From the NCBI GenBank assembly GCA_018240105.1, contig JAFEGE010000065.1:1804-65803 (forward strand): a stretch of DNA of 64,000 bases. Reading direction: 5' to 3'. The translations under genes were made by a program, and so were the position numbers. Position 1 is the first letter of the stretch, and every line of letters starts with the position of its first letter. Shown here piece after piece: positions 10,062 to 17,782 of the stretch. The notes below the pieces were generated by a model. It was not told the DNA's origin, ran no database searches, and saw only the letters and a list, made by a program, of their open reading frames with translations. Source of the DNA: Verrucomicrobiota bacterium (GTDB lineage Bacteria; Chlamydiota; Chlamydiia; Chlamydiales; 2-12-FULL-49-11).

Positions 10062-10679
10062 ATGTTATCCATTTTATCTACAATCAGCGTATCTCTCTAT
10101 GCAATCGTTGGCGGTCCCTCTGTTGGAAAGACCTCCATTATCCAGGAATTAAAAAATAAAGGTGAGATCGTCTGCGAGGAAGCCGCAACCGATATTATCT
10201 TAGAAGAGCGCCGTAAAGGGAACACAACACCGTGGACAGAAGAGGGGTTTGAAGTTCGCATCTTTGATGAGAAGGTCAAGCGAGAAAAAGAGGCCTCTCT
10301 CTTAGCAAAGGACCAAGGTAAGAGTACCGTCTTTACAGATCGCGGCCTTTTAGATTCGCTTTACTACTTAGAGATTAATCAAAAAAAGAGCAGTAAAGAG
10401 TATGAAACCATCGCCTCAGTTTTAAAGGAGCTACACTCCGATACCCGCTACGATGCTGTCTTTTATATAGAGCCTTATAATGGAGAAGACTTTACAAGCA
10501 CCGTTACAGAACATCGCCACGAAGATACAGCTGAAGCCAAAAAGCAAGCCAAGCACATCAAAGAGATCTATGAAAAGACCCCGATGCCCCTTATCATAGT
10601 CCCCGCTCACATGACTCCTAAGGCGCGGGCCAACTTCGTTTTAGAAGAGGTTAAGGCGCTTCAAAAAGCCTCTAAATAA
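10062..10679 (+). CDS. P-loop ATPase/kinase, AAA_28 (NadR-kinase-like) family
   Basis: IVGGPSVGKTSIIQELKNKGEIVCEEAATDII P-loop context. 205 aa. AT-rich upstream spacer. Confidence 0.55.
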   Translation: MLSILSTISVSLYAIVGGPSVGKTSIIQELKNKGEIVCEEAATDIILEERRKGNTTPWTEEGFEVRIFDEKVKREKEASLLAKDQGKSTVFTDRGLLDSLYYLEINQKKSSKEYETIASVLKELHSDTRYDAVFYIEPYNGEDFTSTVTEHRHEDTAEAKKQAKHIKEIYEKTPMPLIIVPAHMTPKARANFVLEEVKALQKASK

Positions 10680-10691
10680 AAGAGATTATCC

Positions 10692-11414
10692 CTACTCTTC
10701 TAACTTCATATTGTGAGTAACGATATCTATATCTTCTAGGTTCTCGAGCCACTCTAAAAGGGCAAGGTTCTTCTCTTTGGCCTCGGCATCGCACTCTACC
10801 CAAACTTTCGGAATCATTTCGAGCTCTGCTTCAAGACAGCGACAGTTCTCTTTTTCTAAAGCCTCTTTGATCGTATAGAGGGCCTCTGGGGCTGTGGTCA
10901 CAATAAAGGAGTCATCGATCTCCTCAAAATCTTCGGCACCTAGATCTGAAACAAGCATAAAAATGGTATCACTAGAGAGCCCTTCTTTAGCCACTTGGAT
11001 AACACCTTTACGTTCAAACTGGTAGCTAACAGCTCCAGGAGAGGCTATAACACCACCGCGTTTATTTGTCGCAATTCTAAGGTCGCTTGCTGTGCGGTTT
11101 TTATTATCGGTAAGCCCCTCGCAAAGGATGCCAACACCACCGTGACCATAAAGCTCATACATCACATCGGCATAATCTGAAGCGGTCGCACTCGTCGCCT
11201 TTTTGATATTCCTTTCAATATTATCTTGCGGAAGATTTACAGCTTTGGCTTTTTGCAAAACAAGGCGCAATCTAGCATTGGTTTTAGGGTCGCTGCCACC
11301 TAATTTAACAGCTGTAATAATCTCTTTTGTAACACGAGAAAAGACCTTTCCTTTTTTGGCATCGGCCCGCTCTTTCTTGTGTTTAATATTTGCCCATTTA
11401 CTATGCCCTGCCAT
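10692..11414 (-). CDS. yebC: YebC/PmpR family DNA-binding transcriptional regulator
   Basis: MAGHSKWANIKHKK... canonical N-terminus. 240 aa. Confidence 0.95.
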   Translation of the reverse strand: MAGHSKWANIKHKKERADAKKGKVFSRVTKEIITAVKLGGSDPKTNARLRLVLQKAKAVNLPQDNIERNIKKATSATASDYADVMYELYGHGGVGILCEGLTDNKNRTASDLRIATNKRGGVIASPGAVSYQFERKGVIQVAKEGLSSDTIFMLVSDLGAEDFEEIDDSFIVTTAPEALYTIKEALEKENCRCLEAELEMIPKVWVECDAEAKEKNLALLEWLENLEDIDIVTHNMKLEE

Positions 11415-11420
11415 ATATCC

Positions 11421-11930
11421 CTATAAATATAGTTGCATCATTACTTTTGTGTGATAAGCGCCGCTTGCATCTCTAAGAAATTTCTTATGTCTACCATACT
11501 CTTTAAAGCCATGTCTTGTATAGAGGTTGTAAGCTGGATTACCTTCATACACTTCTAAGTGGAGTAGTTTAACTCCTAAATTTTTTGCAGAGTGGATGAG
11601 ATATTTCAAAAACTTACCACCAACACCCCTACCACGATAATGTTCATTCACAAGAATAGCAAAAAGCGCCTGCTCTTTTAGCTTTTCAAAATTGTTAACA
11701 TAGAGAATCGCCATACCTGCCGGTTTATGGTTTACCTCTACTGTATAGGCAAGACTCTGCTTGGCAAAGGTCTGCCAGATCTTTACCGCATCCTCTACCT
11801 CTCGTCCATTGCTCATAGGAAACCAGTTTAAAACAACAGGATCCATGAGCCACTCTCCTAAAAGAGGAAGATCGGCTTCCGTTAAAAGACGAAAGGTGAC
11901 TTCGCTATCTTTAAAGGGCTCTTTTTTCAT
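11421..11930 (-). CDS. GNAT family N-acetyltransferase
   Basis: Acetyl-CoA binding motif YRGRGVGGKFL. 169 aa. 4-nt overlap with the upstream GNAT gene. Confidence 0.8.
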   Translation of the reverse strand: MKKEPFKDSEVTFRLLTEADLPLLGEWLMDPVVLNWFPMSNGREVEDAVKIWQTFAKQSLAYTVEVNHKPAGMAILYVNNFEKLKEQALFAILVNEHYRGRGVGGKFLKYLIHSAKNLGVKLLHLEVYEGNPAYNLYTRHGFKEYGRHKKFLRDASGAYHTKVMMQLYL

Positions 11931-12439
11931 AACACCACCTCAAAAATATGCCGAGGATGAAAGCCGTCCTCTAGATGGACAAAATTTTCTTGCCTTACAA
12001 TCTCTACAAAGCCTTGGTTTTTTAATACCGGAATCAAAGGGCAGTTACCAAAGACCTCTACATGCATCGATTCTAAGCGAAAGCGTGTCTTGGCTAAATT
12101 TTTGATATTTTTGACAAGAGAAGTCCCGATACCACGCCTCTGCATCCGAGGATCAACAGCAATATACATCATGCAAAGGTGGGCCACCTTTAGATAGGGC
12201 ATCAAGAAGATGGTTGCCACCCCTACAACTTGGCCATTATAGGTGGCTGTAAGGCTACTCTTGTAGCGCGAAAACCCTATCCAATTGCGAACAAAAAGAT
12301 CCACATCAGCATCTGATGAGGGCGGAAGCCATTTTCTAACAGCTTTAGAGGAGAGCCACTCTTTTAAATATGGCTCATCAGAGACTTCGGAAAATCGAAT
12401 ATCATATCCCGTCTCTCCTGTTACTATACTCTTTGTCAA
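11927..12439 (-). CDS. GNAT family N-acetyltransferase
   Basis: QRRGIGTSLV motif. 170 aa. 4-nt overlap with the prfB stop. Confidence 0.8.
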   Translation of the reverse strand: MTKSIVTGETGYDIRFSEVSDEPYLKEWLSSKAVRKWLPPSSDADVDLFVRNWIGFSRYKSSLTATYNGQVVGVATIFLMPYLKVAHLCMMYIAVDPRMQRRGIGTSLVKNIKNLAKTRFRLESMHVEVFGNCPLIPVLKNQGFVEIVRQENFVHLEDGFHPRHIFEVVL

Positions 12440-13534
12440 CCAAACTCCTTTAGGTAGGCAATAATAAAGGGATCTATAGCGCCATCCATAACCGAGAGGA
12501 CATCGCTCGTCTCTACCTTTGTCCTCGCATCTTTTACAAGCGTATAAGGGTGAAAGACATAGTTGCGAATCTGAGAGCCCCAGGCAATCTCTTTTTTCTC
12601 TCCGCTAATTTTAGCAAGCTCCCCTTTTCTCTCTTCCAATTGCCGCTCATAGACTTTTGCCTTTAACATTTTCAAGCAAGTCTCTTTATTTTGCAATTGG
12701 CTACGCTCTTTTTGGCAGGTAGAGACAAGGCCTGTAGGTAAGTGCGTCATCCGCACAGCAGAGTCTGTCGTATTTACGTGCTGACCACCAGCGCCTGAAG
12801 AGCGATATGTATCTATCTTAAGGTCTTCTGGACGAATCTCTACGACAACATCTTCATCGATCTCTGGGACCACCTCTATCGAGGCAAAGCTTGTGTGCCT
12901 TTTTGCGTTACTGTCAAAGGGTGAGATACGAACTAATCTATGAACCCCCTTTTCAGCCTTACAGTGGCCATATGCAAAAGCGCCGCTGACTTTAAAGGTA
13001 GCATTCTTAACCCCCGCAACCTCTCCTTCTAACTTATCGATCTCCTCAAAGGCCCACCCCTTCTTAAGCGCCCATTTCTGATACATACGGAGGAGCATCT
13101 CTGCCCAATCGCAAGACTCCGTACCACCGGCCCCTGCATTGATACTCAAATAGCAGTTTTTCGCATCCAATTCATTGGAGAACATCTTGCGAACTTCAAG
13201 CGCCTCTAAAGCCTCTTGCATCGACAGAAAATCTTTATCAAGCTCTTCTAAAAAAACCTTATCGCCAACTTCTAAAGCTTCGGGATAGATATCTTTTATA
13301 TCGTAAAATCTTCTCTTAATCTCTCGAAAAGGAAAGACCCACTCTTTAAGAAGGTTTACTTGGCTTATGGTCTTTTGGGCTTTTTGCGGCTCATCCCAGA
13401 AAGCGGGATCCGCCATGATCTCTTCGAACTTTTCTAGCTCTTCTTCTTTCCGAGCAATGTCAAAGAAACCTCGAAAGGTCTAGAATACGCTTTTCACACT
13501 CTTTTAACGAAATCGTAATATCTTCTTTTTGCAT
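12436..13534 (-). CDS. prfB: peptide chain release factor 2, expressed via programmed +1 frameshift
   Basis: Frame 0: ATG 13534 gives MQKEDITISLKECEKRILDLSRFL then TGA (13462-13460). The +1 frame continues DIARKEEELEKFEEIMADPAFWDE into track ORF 12436..13416. SPF and GGQ motifs present. Total length 1099 nt = 3n+1. Confidence 0.95.
13459..13465 (-). promoter_or_regulatory. RF2 autoregulatory +1 frameshift site CTT TGA C
   Basis: Minus strand reads TCG AGG TTT CTT TGA C. This is the canonical slippery CUU-UGA-C preceded by an AGG Shine-Dalgarno-like stimulator. Confidence 0.9.
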
Positions 13535-13597
13535 ATACTCATAGTCGCAAAAAGAGGCTGTTTTGTCAAATCTTTTGGATTTTATTCTAGAAAATCT

Positions 13598-13625
13598 TTG
13601 ACAAGTTTTTATTTCTGTTTAAATA
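13598..13625 (+). promoter_or_regulatory. candidate sigma-66/70 promoter for the 13724 gene
   Basis: TTGACA (13598-13603), 16-nt spacer, TAAATA (13620-13625), about 100 nt upstream of the ATG. Confidence 0.4.
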
Positions 13626-13723
13626 GAACTTAATCTACTCTTTACGCAAATCCATTTTTTCATATAATTATTCCGAGCTAAAAACACAGAAATTTAACCA
13701 AAACATTTTTTGTAGGAGATTTT

Positions 13724-14248
13724 ATGACAGGATCAACAGCATTAGCACCAGCAATCGTGGTTGTTTCACACCCCAGCCAGAGCGCTGCTAGATCATTCTT
13801 TGTAAACGCAGGAAACGCCATCCAATCAGGCGCAAAAGCTGTAGGCAGAGCCTTCGGTAGAGCTTGGGCATGGATTAGCAACGCCTTTACAAGCCACGTT
13901 CTCCCTTTCATCAGAACAACAGCGACTTTCGTAAGAGATTTCTTCAGAGATATCGCTGTTAGATTTAACAGAGATCCAGGCTTCCGTAGAGCTCTTATCA
14001 TCGGTTCTGTAGGAACAGTTGCTATTATTGCATTAGTTGCTCTTACAGCTCTAGGCATTAGAGCCCTTGTAAACCGCAAAAAAGAAGACAAGCCGCCAGC
14101 AGCTCCAGCCGCAGCGGTAGTTCCACCAGCAGGCGCAGCGGTAGTTCCATCAACAGCTCCAGCAGCCGCAGCGGTAGTTCCACCAGCAGGCGCAGCGGTA
14201 GTTCCATCAACAGCTCCAGCAGCCGAAACACCAGCAGCAGCAAAATAA
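13724..14248 (+). CDS. hypothetical single-pass membrane protein with C-terminal Ala/Pro/Val-rich tandem repeat
   Basis: AGGAG RBS 8 nt upstream of the ATG. One hydrophobic helix (ALIIGSVGTVAIIALVALTALGI). Two perfect 19-aa repeats. Strong terminator downstream. Confidence 0.7.
   Translation: MTGSTALAPAIVVVSHPSQSAARSFFVNAGNAIQSGAKAVGRAFGRAWAWISNAFTSHVLPFIRTTATFVRDFFRDIAVRFNRDPGFRRALIIGSVGTVAIIALVALTALGIRALVNRKKEDKPPAAPAAAVVPPAGAAVVPSTAPAAAAVVPPAGAAVVPSTAPAAETPAAAK
14111..14224 (+). repeat. perfect 2 x 57-bp in-frame tandem repeat (AAVVPPAGAAVVPSTAPAA x2)
   Basis: The unit gcagcggtagttccaccagcaggcgcagcggtagttccatcaacagctccagcagcc occurs at 14111-14167 and again at 14168-14224. Each unit contains an internal half-repeat. 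Confidence 0.95.
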
Positions 14249-14274
14249 CTGCAGCAAATTGGTACTGTTTAGTA

Positions 14275-14311
14275 AAAACCCTTACCTTGTGTAAGGGTTT
14301 TTTTATTTTTT
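14275..14311 (+). terminator. rho-independent terminator
   Basis: aaaacccttac-cttgt-gtaagggtttt followed by tttatttttt. Confidence 0.85.
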
Positions 14312-14388
14312 TAAGTCTTCCTATTGACGAATAAATTCCCTCTCGGGCACAAGGAGATCAACATTCTAACCTTGAAGGAGAACGTCAC

Positions 14389-14775
14389 ATGGCAAAAGCC
14401 AAAAAAACCACTGCTAAAAAAGCCGCCCCTAAAAAAGCTGCTGTAAAAAAAGCTCCTGCTAAAAAAACTGTAGCAAGAAAAGCCCCAGCAAAGAAACCTG
14501 CTGTTAAAAAAACAGCTACTAAAAGAAAGCCGTCGGCTGCTTTTATGAAGCCTTTGACACCAAGCTCTGCTCTTGCAGAAGTTGTGGGCAAAGCTGCGAT
14601 GCCACGCACAGAGGTAGTAAAAAAACTTTGGGCTTACATCAAAAAAAATAAATTGCAGGATGCTAAAAACAAAAGAAACATCAATCCTGATGAAAAACTA
14701 GCGGCTGTCTTTGGCGGTAAAAAATCTGTTAATATGTTTCAGATGACAAAACTTGTCAGCAAGCACCTTAAGTAA
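14389..14775 (+). CDS. SWIB/MDM2 domain protein with N-terminal histone-H1-like Lys/Ala repeat tail
   Basis: C-terminal half LTPSSALAEVVGKAAMPRTEVVKKLWAYIKKNKLQD...INPDEKL is a SWIB domain. N-terminal 50 aa are AKK/PAKK repeats. Confidence 0.85.
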   Translation: MAKAKKTTAKKAAPKKAAVKKAPAKKTVARKAPAKKPAVKKTATKRKPSAAFMKPLTPSSALAEVVGKAAMPRTEVVKKLWAYIKKNKLQDAKNKRNINPDEKLAAVFGGKKSVNMFQMTKLVSKHLK

Positions 14776-14822
14776 TTCTCTCTTGCTATCGAGAAGGGAG
14801 TTATTTTATAATTCCTTTCTCG

Positions 14823-15509
14823 ATGCGTATAGGATCTATCTTACTAGCAGGGGGCACCTCCAGTCGAATGGGGGGCCGCTCCAAAACTCTTCTTCCACTC
14901 TTAGGCAAACCAGTTCTTCTTTATGGCTTTGAACTTCTTCAAAGTATAGAGGCTATAGAGGAGCTTGTTGTTGTCGGAGATGAAGAAAATCTTCGCCTTC
15001 TTCCAGAGGGCTGCCTTACAGCTTCGCCTGGCTTACGAAGACAAGACTCCGTCATGAACGGTTTTCAAAAGCTCTCTAAGAATTTAGATTATATCCTTAT
15101 ACATGATGCCGCAAGACCCCTTACCGTAAGAGAAGATGTCTTAAAACTCCTCTCTGTAGGTGAGACGACCTATGCGGCAGCCCTTGCCTCTCCTGTTAGA
15201 AATAGCCTTAAAAAAATCTATGACCCCTCTCCCTATCCTCTAGTCCATGAAACGGTTGCCCGTGAAGATCTCTGGGAAGTCTACACCCCACAAATGGTGC
15301 GCTACGATCTCTTTGCCACAGCCCTTAGCCGCTCTAAAGAAGAGGGATGGGAGGTAACAGATGATATCGCCCTTTTAGAAAAACTCGGCGATTTTCCAGC
15401 AACCCTTGTCCCGGTCTCTTTTCCTAATATAAAAATTACCTATCCAGAAGACATCACCTATGTCACAGCCCTCCTCACCCACCAGATACAAGCTTACAGT
15501 TGCCTATAA
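14823..15509 (+). CDS. ispD: 2-C-methyl-D-erythritol 4-phosphate cytidylyltransferase
   Basis: ILLAGGTSSRMGG...KTLLPLLGKPVL N-terminal signature and HDAARP motif. Confidence 0.85.
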   Translation: MRIGSILLAGGTSSRMGGRSKTLLPLLGKPVLLYGFELLQSIEAIEELVVVGDEENLRLLPEGCLTASPGLRRQDSVMNGFQKLSKNLDYILIHDAARPLTVREDVLKLLSVGETTYAAALASPVRNSLKKIYDPSPYPLVHETVAREDLWEVYTPQMVRYDLFATALSRSKEEGWEVTDDIALLEKLGDFPATLVPVSFPNIKITYPEDITYVTALLTHQIQAYSCL

Positions 15510-16215
15510 GGGCGATGGTTATAAAGGCTGGCAGATTCAGAAAAATGGCCTTACCATCCAAGAGACGTTAGAAAATACCCTTTTACGGATCTTACAAAAA
15601 AAAATTCCAGTTACAGGGGCTGGAAGAACCGATAGCGGCGTCCATGCTGAGGGGCAGGTAGCTCATATCACCCTAGATACAAAAATAGAGCCTATAAAGC
15701 TCTTAAAGGGATTAAATGGCCTTCTTCCTCCAGATATCCGTATCCTATCTATAGAAGAGGTCGCCCTCTCTTTTCATGCCCGTTTTTCTGCCAAAGAAAA
15801 AATCTACTGCTATAAGCTCTACCGCCATAAAATCCATAACCCCTTTCATCGAAGAGATTCTCTACACTATCCGCATCCTATCTCCATAGATGCTATACAA
15901 GAAGCCATTCCCCATTTTCTTGGCACAAAGAATTTTAAAAGCTTTACAAATGAAGCTCATAACGTAGAGAAAGACTACTGTAAGACCCTTTACAACATAG
16001 AGATAAAAGAAGAGGGCGAGATCCTCTCTTTCACCTTTTCTGGCAGCGGTTTTCTCTATAAAATGGTGCGGAACCTTAGCGCCACTCTTTTAGCTATCGG
16101 CACCAATCGCCTCCCTCTTTCTAGCCTGCCCGCTCTCTTTGCTGCAGAAGACCGCAGAGTTTGTCCAGGAGCTCTTCCCGCCTTAGGCCTTACTTTAATA
16201 AAAGTAGTGTACTAA
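15460..16215 (+). CDS. truA: tRNA pseudouridine(38-40) synthase
   Basis: YKLTVAYKGDGYKGWQIQ and GAGRTDSGVHAEGQVAH (catalytic Asp). 50-nt overlap with ispD. Confidence 0.9.
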   Translation: MSQPSSPTRYKLTVAYKGDGYKGWQIQKNGLTIQETLENTLLRILQKKIPVTGAGRTDSGVHAEGQVAHITLDTKIEPIKLLKGLNGLLPPDIRILSIEEVALSFHARFSAKEKIYCYKLYRHKIHNPFHRRDSLHYPHPISIDAIQEAIPHFLGTKNFKSFTNEAHNVEKDYCKTLYNIEIKEEGEILSFTFSGSGFLYKMVRNLSATLLAIGTNRLPLSSLPALFAAEDRRVCPGALPALGLTLIKVVY

Positions 16216-16242
16216 TAGAGAAAAGCTCCTTATAATATATTG

Positions 16243-16319
16243 CTTATAGCGACAGTAATGTAAGAATTGGAATGCGGCAAGAAGGTGCCAAACCCGATTC
16301 TTGCATGAAGAGCGATATA
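16243..16319 (+). repeat. structured intergenic repeat, copy A (family shared with 30499-30602 and 50117-50153)
   Basis: aatgcggcaagaaggtgcc and aaacccgattcttgcatgaagagcgatataa align 16/19 and 24/31 with copy B. Can form aagaattgg/ccgattctt and ggca/tgcc stems. Confidence 0.6.
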
Positions 16320-16320
16320 A

Positions 16321-16403
16321 GCCGACGTGGCGAAATGGTAGACGCGATAGACTCAAACTCTATTCTTAGCAATAAGGTGCTGGTTCAAGTCCGGTCGTCG
16401 GCA
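16321..16403 (+). tRNA. tRNA-Leu (anticodon CAA)
   Basis: Acceptor GCCGACG/CGTCGGC plus A. Anticodon arm ATAGA-CTCAAAC-TCTAT. Long variable arm. GGTTCAAGTCC T-loop. No encoded CCA. Confidence 0.9.
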
Positions 16404-17060
16404 TCTTTTTTAGAAACCGCTGCACTTGCCTGTTTTGACTTCGACGGTCTTCTTGTCGATACAGAACCGCTTCACTACCGCGCCTACAGCGAGGCGTGCG
16501 AGGCGTATAAAATCCCCTTAGAGCTAGATTTCCCCTCCTACCAAGCAATTGCAAATCATGCTCGGGGCAATCTTTTAGAAGAGTTTGTCCTAAATAAATA
16601 CCCAAACTTTACCACACCCTGGGAAGAGGTAAGAGCCCACACCAAAGAGATCTACCGCTCTTTTTTACAAGAAAGCGGCGCTCCTTTAATGCCAGGTGTG
16701 GAAGAGATCCTCTCTTTTCTTCAGAAAAAAAAGACCCCTCTCTGTGTGGTTACAAACTCTGTTGAAAAAGAGATCGCCCTCATCCTCCCCCACACCCCTT
16801 GCTTACAAGCCATCCCTCTTTGGATCACAAAAGAGCAGTATGACAAAAGAAAGCCGGCACCCGATGGCTATTTAAAAGCTAAGGCCCACTTCCCGGATAT
16901 CCCTAAAGAGAAGGTGATTGGCTTTGAAGACTCTTTAAAAGGACTACAAGCCCTACAGGCAGCTGAGATTCTACCGATACTAGTGGCAAAAGATAAGCCC
17001 CCTCTTTCACCCGATGTACACTACTTCCCGTCTCTAACTTCAATGGTGATATACGGGTAA
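16377..17060 (+). CDS. HAD-superfamily hydrolase (beta-phosphoglucomutase-like); start uncertain
   Basis: Motif I CFDFDGLLVDTEP and motif IV GFEDSLKG. The only in-frame canonical start near motif I is GTG 16377, inside the tRNA-Leu gene. The track start at 16272 reads through the tRNA. Confidence 0.6.
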   Translation: MLVQVRSSASFLETAALACFDFDGLLVDTEPLHYRAYSEACEAYKIPLELDFPSYQAIANHARGNLLEEFVLNKYPNFTTPWEEVRAHTKEIYRSFLQESGAPLMPGVEEILSFLQKKKTPLCVVTNSVEKEIALILPHTPCLQAIPLWITKEQYDKRKPAPDGYLKAKAHFPDIPKEKVIGFEDSLKGLQALQAAEILPILVAKDKPPLSPDVHYFPSLTSMVIYG

Positions 17061-17782
17061 GGATGGCGGTTATCAAAATCGCGCCCCTCATCCTTTTCAT
17101 GGATAAAAAGAGCGATCTCTTTATTGTAGAAACCGGGATGGCGTAAATTGCGCTCGTTATTTTTCTGTCTTATAAAATTGGACAGCCCCTCTTCTCGTGG
17201 CCCATAGTACTGCATAAGCTGTAGAACTATCTCTCTTGGATTCTCTTCATACGTCTCTACATAGAAATCTACCTCTAATCCCTTTTGGTGTTTAGAGGCC
17301 TCATTTTTCTTCGATAGATCGGAGTAGCGGTTATGCTCAGGACAACGGTAGCCTGTTGTAATAATAACCCTCTCCTTTGTCTTCTCTTGGATATAGTTTA
17401 AAAGATGGATTAAAATAGGAGCGATAGCGATCCTCTTCTCTCCAAGGGGTGTACTGTGGTTCTCCTCGCCTGCACAATCCTCTATTTCAGAGGCGCGCCC
17501 CTTTTCATTGACTACCCTCTTTTTAGGATGGATGCAGCTACCACGGCATCGAAAAAACTCTTCCGTAATCTTAGAGGGGCCGCTCTTTTTTCTCTCCCAT
17601 GGATACGGCTCTTGTCTTTTAAGGAGTATCTCGTGCTTTGGAAAAAATTGATCCTTATCTCTCCGATAGATCTTCTCCTCTTTCTCGTGCAACTTACGAA
17701 TCCGGCGATTCTCAGAAGACTCTACACCAGAGCATCCATAAAGAAGAGTGCTAAGTAGAAGCAAAATACGCGCTAAAAACAT
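17021..17782 (-). CDS. peptidase M15 family (YcbK/DUF882-like zinc cell-wall peptidase) lipoprotein
   Basis: Lipobox LLYGC at the N-terminus. TTGYRCPEHN...SKHQKGLEVDF matches the SGYR-x-x-x-N / S-x-H / D zinc-peptidase signature. Confidence 0.7.
   Translation of the reverse strand: MFLARILLLLSTLLYGCSGVESSENRRIRKLHEKEEKIYRRDKDQFFPKHEILLKRQEPYPWERKKSGPSKITEEFFRCRGSCIHPKKRVVNEKGRASEIEDCAGEENHSTPLGEKRIAIAPILIHLLNYIQEKTKERVIITTGYRCPEHNRYSDLSKKNEASKHQKGLEVDFYVETYEENPREIVLQLMQYYGPREEGLSNFIRQKNNERNLRHPGFYNKEIALFIHEKDEGRDFDNRHPYPYITIEVRDGK

Noticed and set aside
13678-14091. 137-aa minus-strand ORF overlapping the 13724..14248 gene
   Set aside because: The plus-strand ORF has an AGGAG RBS, a promoter-like element and a strong downstream terminator. 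The minus ORF has none of these and is the antisense shadow of an Ala-rich gene.
14097-14224. Possible CRISPR-like repeat array
   Set aside because: There are only two directly abutting 57-bp units with no spacers, in frame within a CDS, and no cas genes in the window. It is a coding tandem repeat.
14385-14609. 74-aa minus-strand ORF antisense to the SWIB gene
   Set aside because: It is an artefact of the low-complexity AAG/GCN repeat: antisense of Lys/Ala codons gives a Phe/Leu/Ala ORF without stops. The plus strand carries a recognisable SWIB domain.
16280-16305. Sigma-54 promoter reading of aaGGtGCC...TTGCAt in repeat copy A
   Set aside because: The GG and GC elements are about 19 nt apart instead of the required 10 (TGGCAC-N5-TTGC). 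Copy B also carries a 20-nt insertion between them.
16272-16376. 5' extension of the HAD ORF (track start at 16272) reading through tRNA-Leu
   Set aside because: The extension translates the repeat element and the whole tRNA gene (…GEMVDAIDSNSILSNK…). It has no similarity to HAD N-termini and would put motif I at residue about 57.
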